A program made the position numbers and the translations under genes. Under the pieces are notes generated by a model. That model saw only the letters and a list, made by a program, of their open reading frames with translations. It searched no databases and was not told where the DNA came from. A DNA stretch of 64,000 nucleotides from Escherichia coli (GTDB lineage Bacteria > Pseudomonadota > Gammaproteobacteria > Enterobacterales > Enterobacteriaceae), in NCBI RefSeq assembly GCF_044324785.1, contig NZ_CP172127.1. One strand, given 5' to 3'. How positions within the stretch are numbered: position 1 is the first letter of the stretch; each line of letters starts with the position of its first letter. Positions 56,097 to 64,000 of this stretch are shown here, one piece after another.

Positions 56097-56893
56097 CAAT
56101 AAACAAAACTCACAGGTGCAGCACCCGCCGGATGCGGCAGAATACCCATCGGGATGCCATAAATCATTTCGAGGGTTTCGCCGCGCATAATTTCCGCAGG
56201 CGTTCCCTGAGCAATCATTTCACCGCCGCGCAGGGCGACCAGATAATCACAGTAACGCGCAGCCATATTGATATCGTGCAGCACGGCAATGACCGTCAGG
56301 CCACGCTCCTGACTTAAACGATGCACCAGCGCCAGCACATCAACCTGGTGGGCGATATCCAGCGCCGAGGTCGGTTCGTCGAGCAACAGACAACGGCTAT
56401 CCTGCGCCACCAGCATGGCGATCCACGCCCGCTGACGTTCGCCGCCAGAGAGACTATCGACCAGCCGATGCGCCAGCGGTTTTAAGCCAACCAGCGAGAT
56501 AGCTTCCTCGACCTTTTCGCGATCTGCCGCACCAAAGCGCCCCAGCGCGCCATGCCACGGGTAACGACCAATCGCCACCAGTTCACGCACCGTCATCCCT
56601 TCTGCCGGAGGAAGCTGCTGCGGCAAATAAGCCACTTTGCGGGCAAACGCTTTGCTGCTCCAGCTTTCCAGCGGTTGGGCATCAAGAAGAATCTCCCCTT
56701 CCGACGGCGGCTGGTGACGACCAAGCATTTTGAGCAGAGTGGATTTACCAGAACCGTTGTGACCAATCAAACCAGTCACTTTCCCGGCAGGAAAGGTTAA
56801 CGACAGCGGATGCAAAAGCGTGCGCCCTGGCACACGAAAGGAGATATTACGCAGTGCAAAAGTGGTATCGGAATGATTCGTGTATTCCTGCAT
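56096..56893 (-). CDS. fhuC: Ferric hydroxamate ABC transporter ATPase
   Basis: 265-aa protein recognised (Walker A GHNGSGKST, LSGGERQR); start at MQEYTNHSD inside the longer ORF; 1-nt overlap with fhuD. Confidence 0.93.
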   Translation of the reverse strand: MQEYTNHSDTTFALRNISFRVPGRTLLHPLSLTFPAGKVTGLIGHNGSGKSTLLKMLGRHQPPSEGEILLDAQPLESWSSKAFARKVAYLPQQLPPAEGMTVRELVAIGRYPWHGALGRFGAADREKVEEAISLVGLKPLAHRLVDSLSGGERQRAWIAMLVAQDSRCLLLDEPTSALDIAHQVDVLALVHRLSQERGLTVIAVLHDINMAARYCDYLVALRGGEMIAQGTPAEIMRGETLEMIYGIPMGILPHPAGAAPVSFVY

Positions 56894-56943
56894 AACAGCC
56901 AACTTGTGAAGCGGGCACGGAAATCCGTGCCCCAAAGGAAAAA

Positions 56944-59133
56944 TTAGAAACGGAAGGTTGCGGTTGCAACGACCTGACGTTCTGCGCCCCAGAAGCAGCC
57001 ATAGGTCTGGAAGCAACTGGCAACATACTCACGATCGAGCAAATTGTTGACGTTCACAGCAAGGCTGGATCCCGCCATACCAAAGCGTGCCAGATCATAT
57101 TTTACAACAGCATCCATTACAGCTGCGCTACCCACTTTAAAAGTGTTCGCCGGATCACCATAGCTGGAACCAATAAAACGACCACCTGTTCCCAATGTTA
57201 AACCAGAAAGCGGCCCTTCATTGAAGGTATAATCCCCCCAGAGAGATGCCATATGCTCCGGTACTTGTTCTGGAGTTTTACCTTTGAGATTGGTGTCTTT
57301 GGTGTATTCCGCATCGGTGTAGGTATAAGAAGCCGTCAAGTTAATATTGGCATTTAACGCCGCTTTTGCTTCAAGTTCCACACCACGAGCGCGAATCTCA
57401 CCTGCCGGGACTTGCGCTAATGGGTTTGTTGGGTCTGCTGTCAGGTTATTTGTTTTCGTCAATTGATAGACTGCGCCCGTAACAACGACCGGCATATCAT
57501 TCGGAACATATTTTACGCCAGCTTCATACTGTTCACCTTTCGATGGCTTATAGGAAACGCGCGGGTTGCTCCACAGATCGAAAGCACTCGGTTCAAAGGA
57601 CTGGCTATAGCTAAAGTAAGGTGAAATACCATTATCGAATAAGTAATTTACACCACCGCGCCAGGTGAACTGATGATCATTGCGCTCAATATAACCTTCA
57701 GTCGGCGTATAAGAGTTTTCACGAACAGTGGTCGCTTGCTTAGACCAATCGTAGCGTCCCCCCAGAGTGAATACCCATTTATTCCATTCCGCCTGATCCT
57801 GAACATAAATACCTGTTTGTTTGCTTTCATTCATCTGGTATGGCTCTGCGCTACCAAATGCAAAGTATTCAGGATGGTATTTGTTATAAAGATCGATGGA
57901 TGGTGCAGATCCAAAGCTGGCATTGATATCATTGCGCATACGCATGAAGTCTACCCCTGTCAGCAAAGTATGCCCGACGTCACCTGTAGCAAACTTACTT
58001 TCAAGCTGGGTATCAACGCTAAAGTTTTGTAGACGCTCATTATCCACCACTGTCCCGCGGTTTAGGGTATGACCATCGCTGGCAATCCCTGTGCCATAAA
58101 CACTTTTCTGTGAGGTTTTCATTTCACTGAAACGCAGATTCTGACGCACGGTGAAGGTGTCATTAAAACCATGTTCAAAACTATATCCCACCATTTTCTG
58201 GTTACGGGAGTATGTATTATTCGATGCACCTTCATTGAAGTCAGTCGGTAGACGCTTACCATTAGGCAATGGCTCAACGGTCCCCTCTTTCGGCAACCAA
58301 CCGTAATAACCCGTTTCTGGTTCGTTCTGAAAATAGGACAGGAAAGTAAAATTGGTTTTGTCGTCTGGACGCCATGAGAATGATGGAGCAATGGTATAAC
58401 GCTGAGATTCAGAGTTTTTCTGCTGTTCGTTTGTTGAGCGTGCGAGGCCAGTCAAACGGTAGGAGAACTCACCGTTATCATCCAGCGCATCACTGAAATC
58501 GAATCCGGTCTGAAACAGATTATCCGTCCCCATTTTAAACTGAATTTCTTTCAGGGGTTCAGTTGTCGGACGCTTACTCACCATAGAAATAATCCCACCA
58601 GGATTACTTTTCCCATAGAGAACAGACGTCGGCCCGCGCATCAGTTCAACCCTCTCGAGCATGTAAGGATCAATCACAGCATCGTTATAAAAGTTGCCCT
58701 GAAGTTTTAGTCCATCAAGGTAATTATTTTGATTCAGACCAACAGATGAGAAACCACGAATGATAACAAAATCATATGTATTAGAAGCACCACGACTGCT
58801 AACCGTAACGCCAGGTGTATAACCTAATGCTTCTTTTACAGACTGAAATTGATGCATCTGCATCTCTTCATTTGTCACAACCGAAATAGACTGCGGCGTT
58901 TTTTCAATTGGTGTATCCGTTTTAGTCGCAGTAGCAGAGTGCTTCGCCGCAATAGTTGCAGCCGGTCCCCATGCGCTTTCTTGCGGCGCAGGTGCAGCGG
59001 TAACGGTGATAGTGTCTTCTTTCGGTTCAACCGCTGCCTGTGCATAAACAGACATGCCGCTAACCGCTGTGGCTACTACAACTGCGATTTTACGCAGTGA
59101 GTGTTTTGGCTGAGCAGTTTTGGAACGCGCCAT
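56944..59133 (-). CDS. fhuA: TonB-dependent ferrichrome outer-membrane receptor FhuA, divergent allele (729 aa)
   Basis: Signal peptide and TonB box (DTITVTA) plus C-terminal barrel end (ASCFQTYGCFWGAERQVVATATFRF) recognised; much of the intervening sequence differs from the K-12 protein as I recall it. Confidence 0.9.
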   Translation of the reverse strand: MARSKTAQPKHSLRKIAVVVATAVSGMSVYAQAAVEPKEDTITVTAAPAPQESAWGPAATIAAKHSATATKTDTPIEKTPQSISVVTNEEMQMHQFQSVKEALGYTPGVTVSSRGASNTYDFVIIRGFSSVGLNQNNYLDGLKLQGNFYNDAVIDPYMLERVELMRGPTSVLYGKSNPGGIISMVSKRPTTEPLKEIQFKMGTDNLFQTGFDFSDALDDNGEFSYRLTGLARSTNEQQKNSESQRYTIAPSFSWRPDDKTNFTFLSYFQNEPETGYYGWLPKEGTVEPLPNGKRLPTDFNEGASNNTYSRNQKMVGYSFEHGFNDTFTVRQNLRFSEMKTSQKSVYGTGIASDGHTLNRGTVVDNERLQNFSVDTQLESKFATGDVGHTLLTGVDFMRMRNDINASFGSAPSIDLYNKYHPEYFAFGSAEPYQMNESKQTGIYVQDQAEWNKWVFTLGGRYDWSKQATTVRENSYTPTEGYIERNDHQFTWRGGVNYLFDNGISPYFSYSQSFEPSAFDLWSNPRVSYKPSKGEQYEAGVKYVPNDMPVVVTGAVYQLTKTNNLTADPTNPLAQVPAGEIRARGVELEAKAALNANINLTASYTYTDAEYTKDTNLKGKTPEQVPEHMASLWGDYTFNEGPLSGLTLGTGGRFIGSSYGDPANTFKVGSAAVMDAVVKYDLARFGMAGSSLAVNVNNLLDREYVASCFQTYGCFWGAERQVVATATFRF

Positions 59134-59164
59134 TGGTATATCTCTGATGTAAAGTGAATGATAA

Positions 59165-59195
59165 CGTAAACGAGAATGATTATTATAAAGATAAG
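59165..59195 (-). promoter_or_regulatory. Fur box in fhuA promoter
   Basis: Minus strand reads TTATAATAATCATTCTCGTTTACGTTATCATTC about 30-60 nt upstream of fhuA ATG, matching GATAATGATAATCATTATC-type Fur operator. Confidence 0.55.
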
Positions 59196-59352
59196 ATAAT
59201 ATTCGAAACGCTGGCGGGTTCGCAAGCGGTACGCAATCTGAGCGTTCCTGAAGGGTTAATAAACAACCAGATGAAAAGAAAGGGTTAATACTTTGGGTGG
59301 GATGTTATTTTACCGGATGGCTACTCGCCATCCGGTATGTCACGCTTAGACG

Positions 59353-61878
59353 TTAATTACTACCAAACATATCCTTGATCCAACCAGCTACACCGTCGCT
59401 GTCTTTCTGCTCTTGCTGAGCAGGTTGCTGTTGCTGCGGCTGAGAAGACTGATCAAACGGATTGCCTGACGGTTGCTGCTGCATCTCACTCTGCTGGCAC
59501 AGCGATTGCGGATCGCTGGTCCAGACCGGCAAGACACGCATACCACCGCTGCAAACAAAGTTGCCGTCGTAGTCCACGCCCATATCTGCAATATCTTCTG
59601 GCGGAACAAGATTTAGCGGCGTTGGCGTCTGGTTAGCCAGATAACGCTGATAAATCGACATTGCCCCGCTGGCTCCATACAGTTTGGTCGGCTGGTTGTT
59701 ATCACGGCCGACCCAGGTGATGGTCACCGTGCTGCCGTCAATGCCCGCAAACCAGGTATCTACGTTGTTGTTGGTAGTCCCGGTTTTTCCCGCCAGATGC
59801 AGATTTGGATATTTCGCCCCAAGCTGACGCCCCGTACCACGTTGTACCACCTGCTGCATGGTCCATAGTGTCAGATACGCCGCCTGCGCCGGAACAGCGC
59901 GTTCTGCCTGCGGGAAGCTCTGATACAGCACCTTGCCATCTTCCGCGATTACCGAACGCAGCGCAGAAAGCGGAGCACGGTTACCGCCGCTGGCGATGGT
60001 CTGGAATGCCTGCGCCACTTCGATTGGCGTTAAGTTCAACGCCCCCAGCAGCATCGCCGGAACCGGATGCAGCTGATCTTTCGGTACGCCCAGTTTAATC
60101 CAGGTCTCCGTAACCGCAGGCAGCCCCAGCGCCATCCCCAGATTTACCGTCGGCACGTTCATCGAACGGGTCAACGCATCCACCAGCATCACTCTGCCGC
60201 TTTCGCTATAACGACGGTCATCGTTCTGCGGTGACCAGACCTGGCCATTTGGCTGACGCAGCGCGATTGGCGCATCCGCAATCCACGTATTCAGACGATA
60301 GATTTTCGGCTGGCTTAAAGCCGTCAGATAAGTCGCTGGTTTTGCAAGGGAACCAATCGAACGACGCGCCTGCATCGCACGGTTGTAGCCCGCAAACTGC
60401 GGCTCAGAACCACCGACCATCGCACGAACTTCACCGCTAAAGCGGTCAACAACCACAATCGCGGTTTCAAGATCGCTCAACTTACGCTGTTTCTTCAGTG
60501 CCGGAATGCCTTCCACGGCGGCTTTTTCTGCCGCGTCCTGGGCCACCGAGTCAAAGGTAGTGAAGATCTTCACGCCGGAGAGATCTTTTACCTTATCGCC
60601 TAATTTCGCCTGCAGCTCCTGACGCACCAGTTGCATAAAGGCTGGCTGAGGAGAGATCACCCCACCGCGCGGCTGAACACCCAGCGGACGTGCACTCAAC
60701 ATATCATAGAGTTCTTGATCAATAATCTGTTGCTGTTGCAGCAAACGTAGCACCAGGTTACGTCGCTCCAGCGCCAGTTTCGGGTTACGCCACGGGTTGT
60801 AGATGGACGCCCCTTTAACCATACCCACCAACAGCGCCTGCTGATCGAGGCTCAATTCTTCTACCGGACGACCAAAGTAATACAAGCTCGCCAGCGGGAA
60901 GCCGCGGATTTCGTTGTCGCCGCTCTGACCGAGATACACCTCGTTCATATACAGCTCAAGAATACGGTCTTTGCTGTAACGCGCGTCCATGATCAGCGCC
61001 ATGTAAGCTTCGTTCGCTTTACGCCAGTAAGAGCGCTCGCTGGAGAGGAACAGGTTTTTCACCAGCTGTTGCGTCAGCGTACTCGCACCCTGCACCGTGC
61101 GTCCGGCGGTCAGGTTTGCCAGCACCGCACGCCCAATTGAGTAGAGGCTGATCCCATCATGTTCGTAGAAATGACGGTCTTCTGTCGCCAGCAAAGTATC
61201 CACCAGCAAATCCGGGAAACCACTGCGCGGCACAAACAGACGCTGCTCACCGTTTGGCGAAGAGATCATGGTGATCAGACGCGGATCAAGACGGAAGAAA
61301 CCGAACTGACGGTTGTTCTCCATATTGACGATCGTCGCCAGATGATCGCCATCAAAGGTCAGACGTGCACGCACCTGCCCTTCTTTACTGTCCGGGAAAT
61401 CAAACGGACGGCGGATCATCTCAATGCTGTTGGCCTGCACGGTAAATTCGCCGGGACGGGTCATTTTCGACACCTGACGATACTGGGTCGCCTCCAGCAG
61501 CTTCACCATCTCGTTCTTGCTGATGGTCATGTCTGGCTCAAGGTTGACCATCCGGCCATAAACTGCCGCGGGCAGTTGCCAGACCTTACCATCAATACGG
61601 CTGCGAATTTTTTGATCGAGATAAACGCCGTAAATGGCGATCAGCACGGCAAAAACGATAGCCAGTTTTAGCAGCAGCCATAGCCAGCCGCGTTTGCCAC
61701 GAGGCTTACGCCCTTTGCCTTTGCCCTTACCTTTGCGCGGCATCGGTTCTTCATCCTCATAGTCATCATAATCGTCGTAATCATCGTCATCTTCGTAACG
61801 ACGACGGCTTACCTTTTGTTTGACCGGACGCGTCGGTTTCCCTTTGCGTCCAATTGGCTCGCGGTCATTCCCGGCCAT
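59353..61878 (-). CDS. mrcB: Penicillin-binding protein 1B
   Basis: Recognised MrcB (acidic [15 protein letters not shown] and KGKGKGKG N-terminal repeats, TM anchor, transglycosylase and transpeptidase domains); start at MAGNDREP. Confidence 0.95.
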   Translation of the reverse strand: MAGNDREPIGRKGKPTRPVKQKVSRRRYEDDDDYDDYDDYEDEEPMPRKGKGKGKGRKPRGKRGWLWLLLKLAIVFAVLIAIYGVYLDQKIRSRIDGKVWQLPAAVYGRMVNLEPDMTISKNEMVKLLEATQYRQVSKMTRPGEFTVQANSIEMIRRPFDFPDSKEGQVRARLTFDGDHLATIVNMENNRQFGFFRLDPRLITMISSPNGEQRLFVPRSGFPDLLVDTLLATEDRHFYEHDGISLYSIGRAVLANLTAGRTVQGASTLTQQLVKNLFLSSERSYWRKANEAYMALIMDARYSKDRILELYMNEVYLGQSGDNEIRGFPLASLYYFGRPVEELSLDQQALLVGMVKGASIYNPWRNPKLALERRNLVLRLLQQQQIIDQELYDMLSARPLGVQPRGGVISPQPAFMQLVRQELQAKLGDKVKDLSGVKIFTTFDSVAQDAAEKAAVEGIPALKKQRKLSDLETAIVVVDRFSGEVRAMVGGSEPQFAGYNRAMQARRSIGSLAKPATYLTALSQPKIYRLNTWIADAPIALRQPNGQVWSPQNDDRRYSESGRVMLVDALTRSMNVPTVNLGMALGLPAVTETWIKLGVPKDQLHPVPAMLLGALNLTPIEVAQAFQTIASGGNRAPLSALRSVIAEDGKVLYQSFPQAERAVPAQAAYLTLWTMQQVVQRGTGRQLGAKYPNLHLAGKTGTTNNNVDTWFAGIDGSTVTITWVGRDNNQPTKLYGASGAMSIYQRYLANQTPTPLNLVPPEDIADMGVDYDGNFVCSGGMRVLPVWTSDPQSLCQQSEMQQQPSGNPFDQSSQPQQQQPAQQEQKDSDGVAGWIKDMFGSN

Positions 61879-61971
61879 GCTTTTTCTCCGCAATATTCAG
61901 GCGCAAAAGCCCGATTTTCTGTTCTTCTGTTGCAAGACAGAAGAAGATATCTCTCAAATTTACTTTGATCT

Positions 61972-64000
61972 TCACGAATACTTTTTCGTTCGTCGCGTTG
62001 GTGCTGTGTTTGCCGGGTCGTCCGGCCAGACATGTTTGGGATAACGCCCTTTCATCTCTTTTTGCACCTCACGGTACGCTCCTTTCCAGAAGGCGCTCAA
62101 ATCACGCGTGATTTGCAGCGGCCTTTGGGCAGGGGAAAGCAACTCCAGCACCAGCGGCACGCGCCCCTGAGCGATCGTCGGATTGGTGGCCTCACCAAAC
62201 ATCTCCTGCATTCTCACCGCCAGCGCGGGCGGGTTATCTTCATGATAACGAATGGCGATCCGGCTTCCCGTCGGCACAGTGTAATGCGCAGGCAATTCAC
62301 TATCCAGACGTTGCTGCATTCCCCAATCAAGTAATCCGCGTAGTGCCTGATAAATGTCGAGTGATTTCAGGCCGCGTAGTGAATGCACGCCGCTCATATG
62401 CGGCAGTAGCCACGTTTCCAGCGTCGCCAACAAACTCTCATCATCAACCGCTGGCCAGTCATATTCCGGCAACCACTTTGCGGCGCATAACAAACGCAAG
62501 CGTAGCTGTTCCGCTTCCGCCGTCCAGTTGAGCACGCTTAAACCTTTATCACGAATGCCGTTAAGCATCGCCTGATGCAACTCGTCTTCCGAGGGTTTCG
62601 CCAGCGGCTGCACTTTCACCGTCAACTGACCGATTTGCAGCCGACGCCAGGCTTTCAGCGTACCTTGCGCGTCATCCCACTCCACAGTGTCAGACTGCTG
62701 TACCAGCTGCGGACAGCGTTGTACTAACTCATCAATATCGACCGGCAGCGCCAGTAAAATCCGTGCATCCGGCGAGGCGCTGCCCTGCAATAATAACGGT
62801 GCGATCAACCATTCGTGGCGGCTTAGCGCATCGTCGGCATCGAGCATCGCCCCCATGCCGTTTGCCAGTTGATAGCGTCCATCTTGCCCACGGCGACGAG
62901 CAATGCGATCGGCATACGCCCCGGCAAGTAGCGGCGCGATAAGCGAACTGTCTGCCTCACCGCCGCGTACGTTTAAACGTTTTAACAGTTGCTGACTACG
63001 TTGCTGCCAGGCGGGTTGATTGCGCGAAAATGCCACGCCCAGGTCACAATTGCCCATCCGTGGCGGCTCTTCGAGAATAGCGGCAATTTTTGCCGCGGTA
63101 GCAGCTTCGTCGTCGCTCTTCGCGCTCACCAGCATTGCCGCTAAACGCGGATCGTTACCCAGCGCCGCCATTTTTTGCCCTTGCGCGCTTAGCCGTTCGC
63201 CATCCAGCGCTCCCAGCATCCGTAACAGGCGTTTCGCGGCCTGTAAATTCACTGCTGGCGGTTGATCCAGCCAGCTCATCTGCGCCGGATCGCTGCATCC
63301 CCATTGCAGTAATTCCATCAGCAAACCGGAAAGATCGCTTTGTAAGATCTCCGGTTCACTTTGCGCGGCAGCGCGTTCTGCTTGTTCTTTGGCGATTAAA
63401 TGCAGGCAGATACCCGGCTCCAGACGCCCGGCGCGCCCGGCACGCTGCGTCATGGATGCCTGACTAACGCGTTGAGTAATCAACCGCGTAAGCCCCGTGC
63501 GCGGATCAAAACGCGCCACACGCTCCTGGGCACAATCCACCACCAGACGAATACCTTCGATGGTTAAACTTGTTTCAGCAATATTGGTCGCCAGCACCAC
63601 TTTGCGCATTCCTTGCGGTGCCGGAAGGATCGCTTTTCGCTGATCGTTCAGCGACAACGCGCCATACAGCGGGCAGAGCAACACATCACTGCCGATGCGC
63701 GAAGCCAGTTGTTCCTGCACGCGCTGAATTTCTCCGACGCCAGGTAAAAATAACAGTAATGATCCGCTTTCCTGACGCAGCATTTCGGCGGTGGCTACCG
63801 CAACGGCTTCGTCAAAACGCTGATGCGCGGGCAGCGGTAAATAACGGCGTTCAACCGGAAACGAGCGCCCTTCTGAGATGACGACGGGCGCTTCTGGCAG
63901 CATTTGCTGCAAGCTGTCGTTGTCCAGCGTAGCCGACATAATCAGCAGTTTAAGGTCATCACGCAGACCTTGTTGCACATCGAGTAACAGCGCCAACGCC
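61972..64000 (-). CDS. hrpB: ATP-dependent RNA helicase HrpB (DEAH-box), 5'-truncated by window end
   Basis: 674-aa C-terminal portion recognised as HrpB; N-terminus lies beyond position 64000. Confidence 0.9.
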   Translation of the reverse strand, partial: ALALLLDVQQGLRDDLKLLIMSATLDNDSLQQMLPEAPVVISEGRSFPVERRYLPLPAHQRFDEAVAVATAEMLRQESGSLLLFLPGVGEIQRVQEQLASRIGSDVLLCPLYGALSLNDQRKAILPAPQGMRKVVLATNIAETSLTIEGIRLVVDCAQERVARFDPRTGLTRLITQRVSQASMTQRAGRAGRLEPGICLHLIAKEQAERAAAQSEPEILQSDLSGLLMELLQWGCSDPAQMSWLDQPPAVNLQAAKRLLRMLGALDGERLSAQGQKMAALGNDPRLAAMLVSAKSDDEAATAAKIAAILEEPPRMGNCDLGVAFSRNQPAWQQRSQQLLKRLNVRGGEADSSLIAPLLAGAYADRIARRRGQDGRYQLANGMGAMLDADDALSRHEWLIAPLLLQGSASPDARILLALPVDIDELVQRCPQLVQQSDTVEWDDAQGTLKAWRRLQIGQLTVKVQPLAKPSEDELHQAMLNGIRDKGLSVLNWTAEAEQLRLRLLCAAKWLPEYDWPAVDDESLLATLETWLLPHMSGVHSLRGLKSLDIYQALRGLLDWGMQQRLDSELPAHYTVPTGSRIAIRYHEDNPPALAVRMQEMFGEATNPTIAQGRVPLVLELLSPAQRPLQITRDLSAFWKGAYREVQKEMKGRYPKHVWPDDPANTAPTRRTKKYS

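Noticed and set aside
61972-63996. Apparent start of hrpB at Met 63996
   Set aside because: This is an internal Met; the reading frame is open to the window edge and the real N-terminus lies beyond position 64000

Overview
This window is a core Escherichia coli chromosomal segment, read in reverse orientation relative to the usual K-12 map. It runs from the 5' part of an rrnH-type rRNA operon (23S 5' end, tRNA-Ala, tRNA-Ile, 16S, P1/P2 promoters) through gmhB, metNIQ, rcsF, trmO, proS, yaeF, nlpE, arfB, yaeQ, yaeP, rof, tilS, yaeR, ldcC, accA, dnaE, rnhB-lpxB-lpxA-fabZ-lpxD-skp-bamA-rseP-cdsA-uppS-dxr, frr, pyrH, tsf, rpsB, map, glnD, dapD, yaeI, yaeH, cdaR, degP, dgt, mtn, btuF, yadS, erpA, clcA, hemL, fhuBDCA, mrcB and a 5'-truncated hrpB. 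Gene calls rest on recognising the translated ORFs as well-known E. coli proteins; no search was run. Two things stand out against this conserved background. First, a 236-aa ORF (41904-42614) sits between yaeI and yaeH, is AT-richer than its neighbours, has its own Shine-Dalgarno and matches no family I recognise; it is the best candidate for something undescribed here. Second, fhuA is a strongly divergent, shorter allele with remodelled surface loops, while fhuC, fhuD and fhuB look ordinary. I found no CRISPR array, IS element, integrase or prophage.
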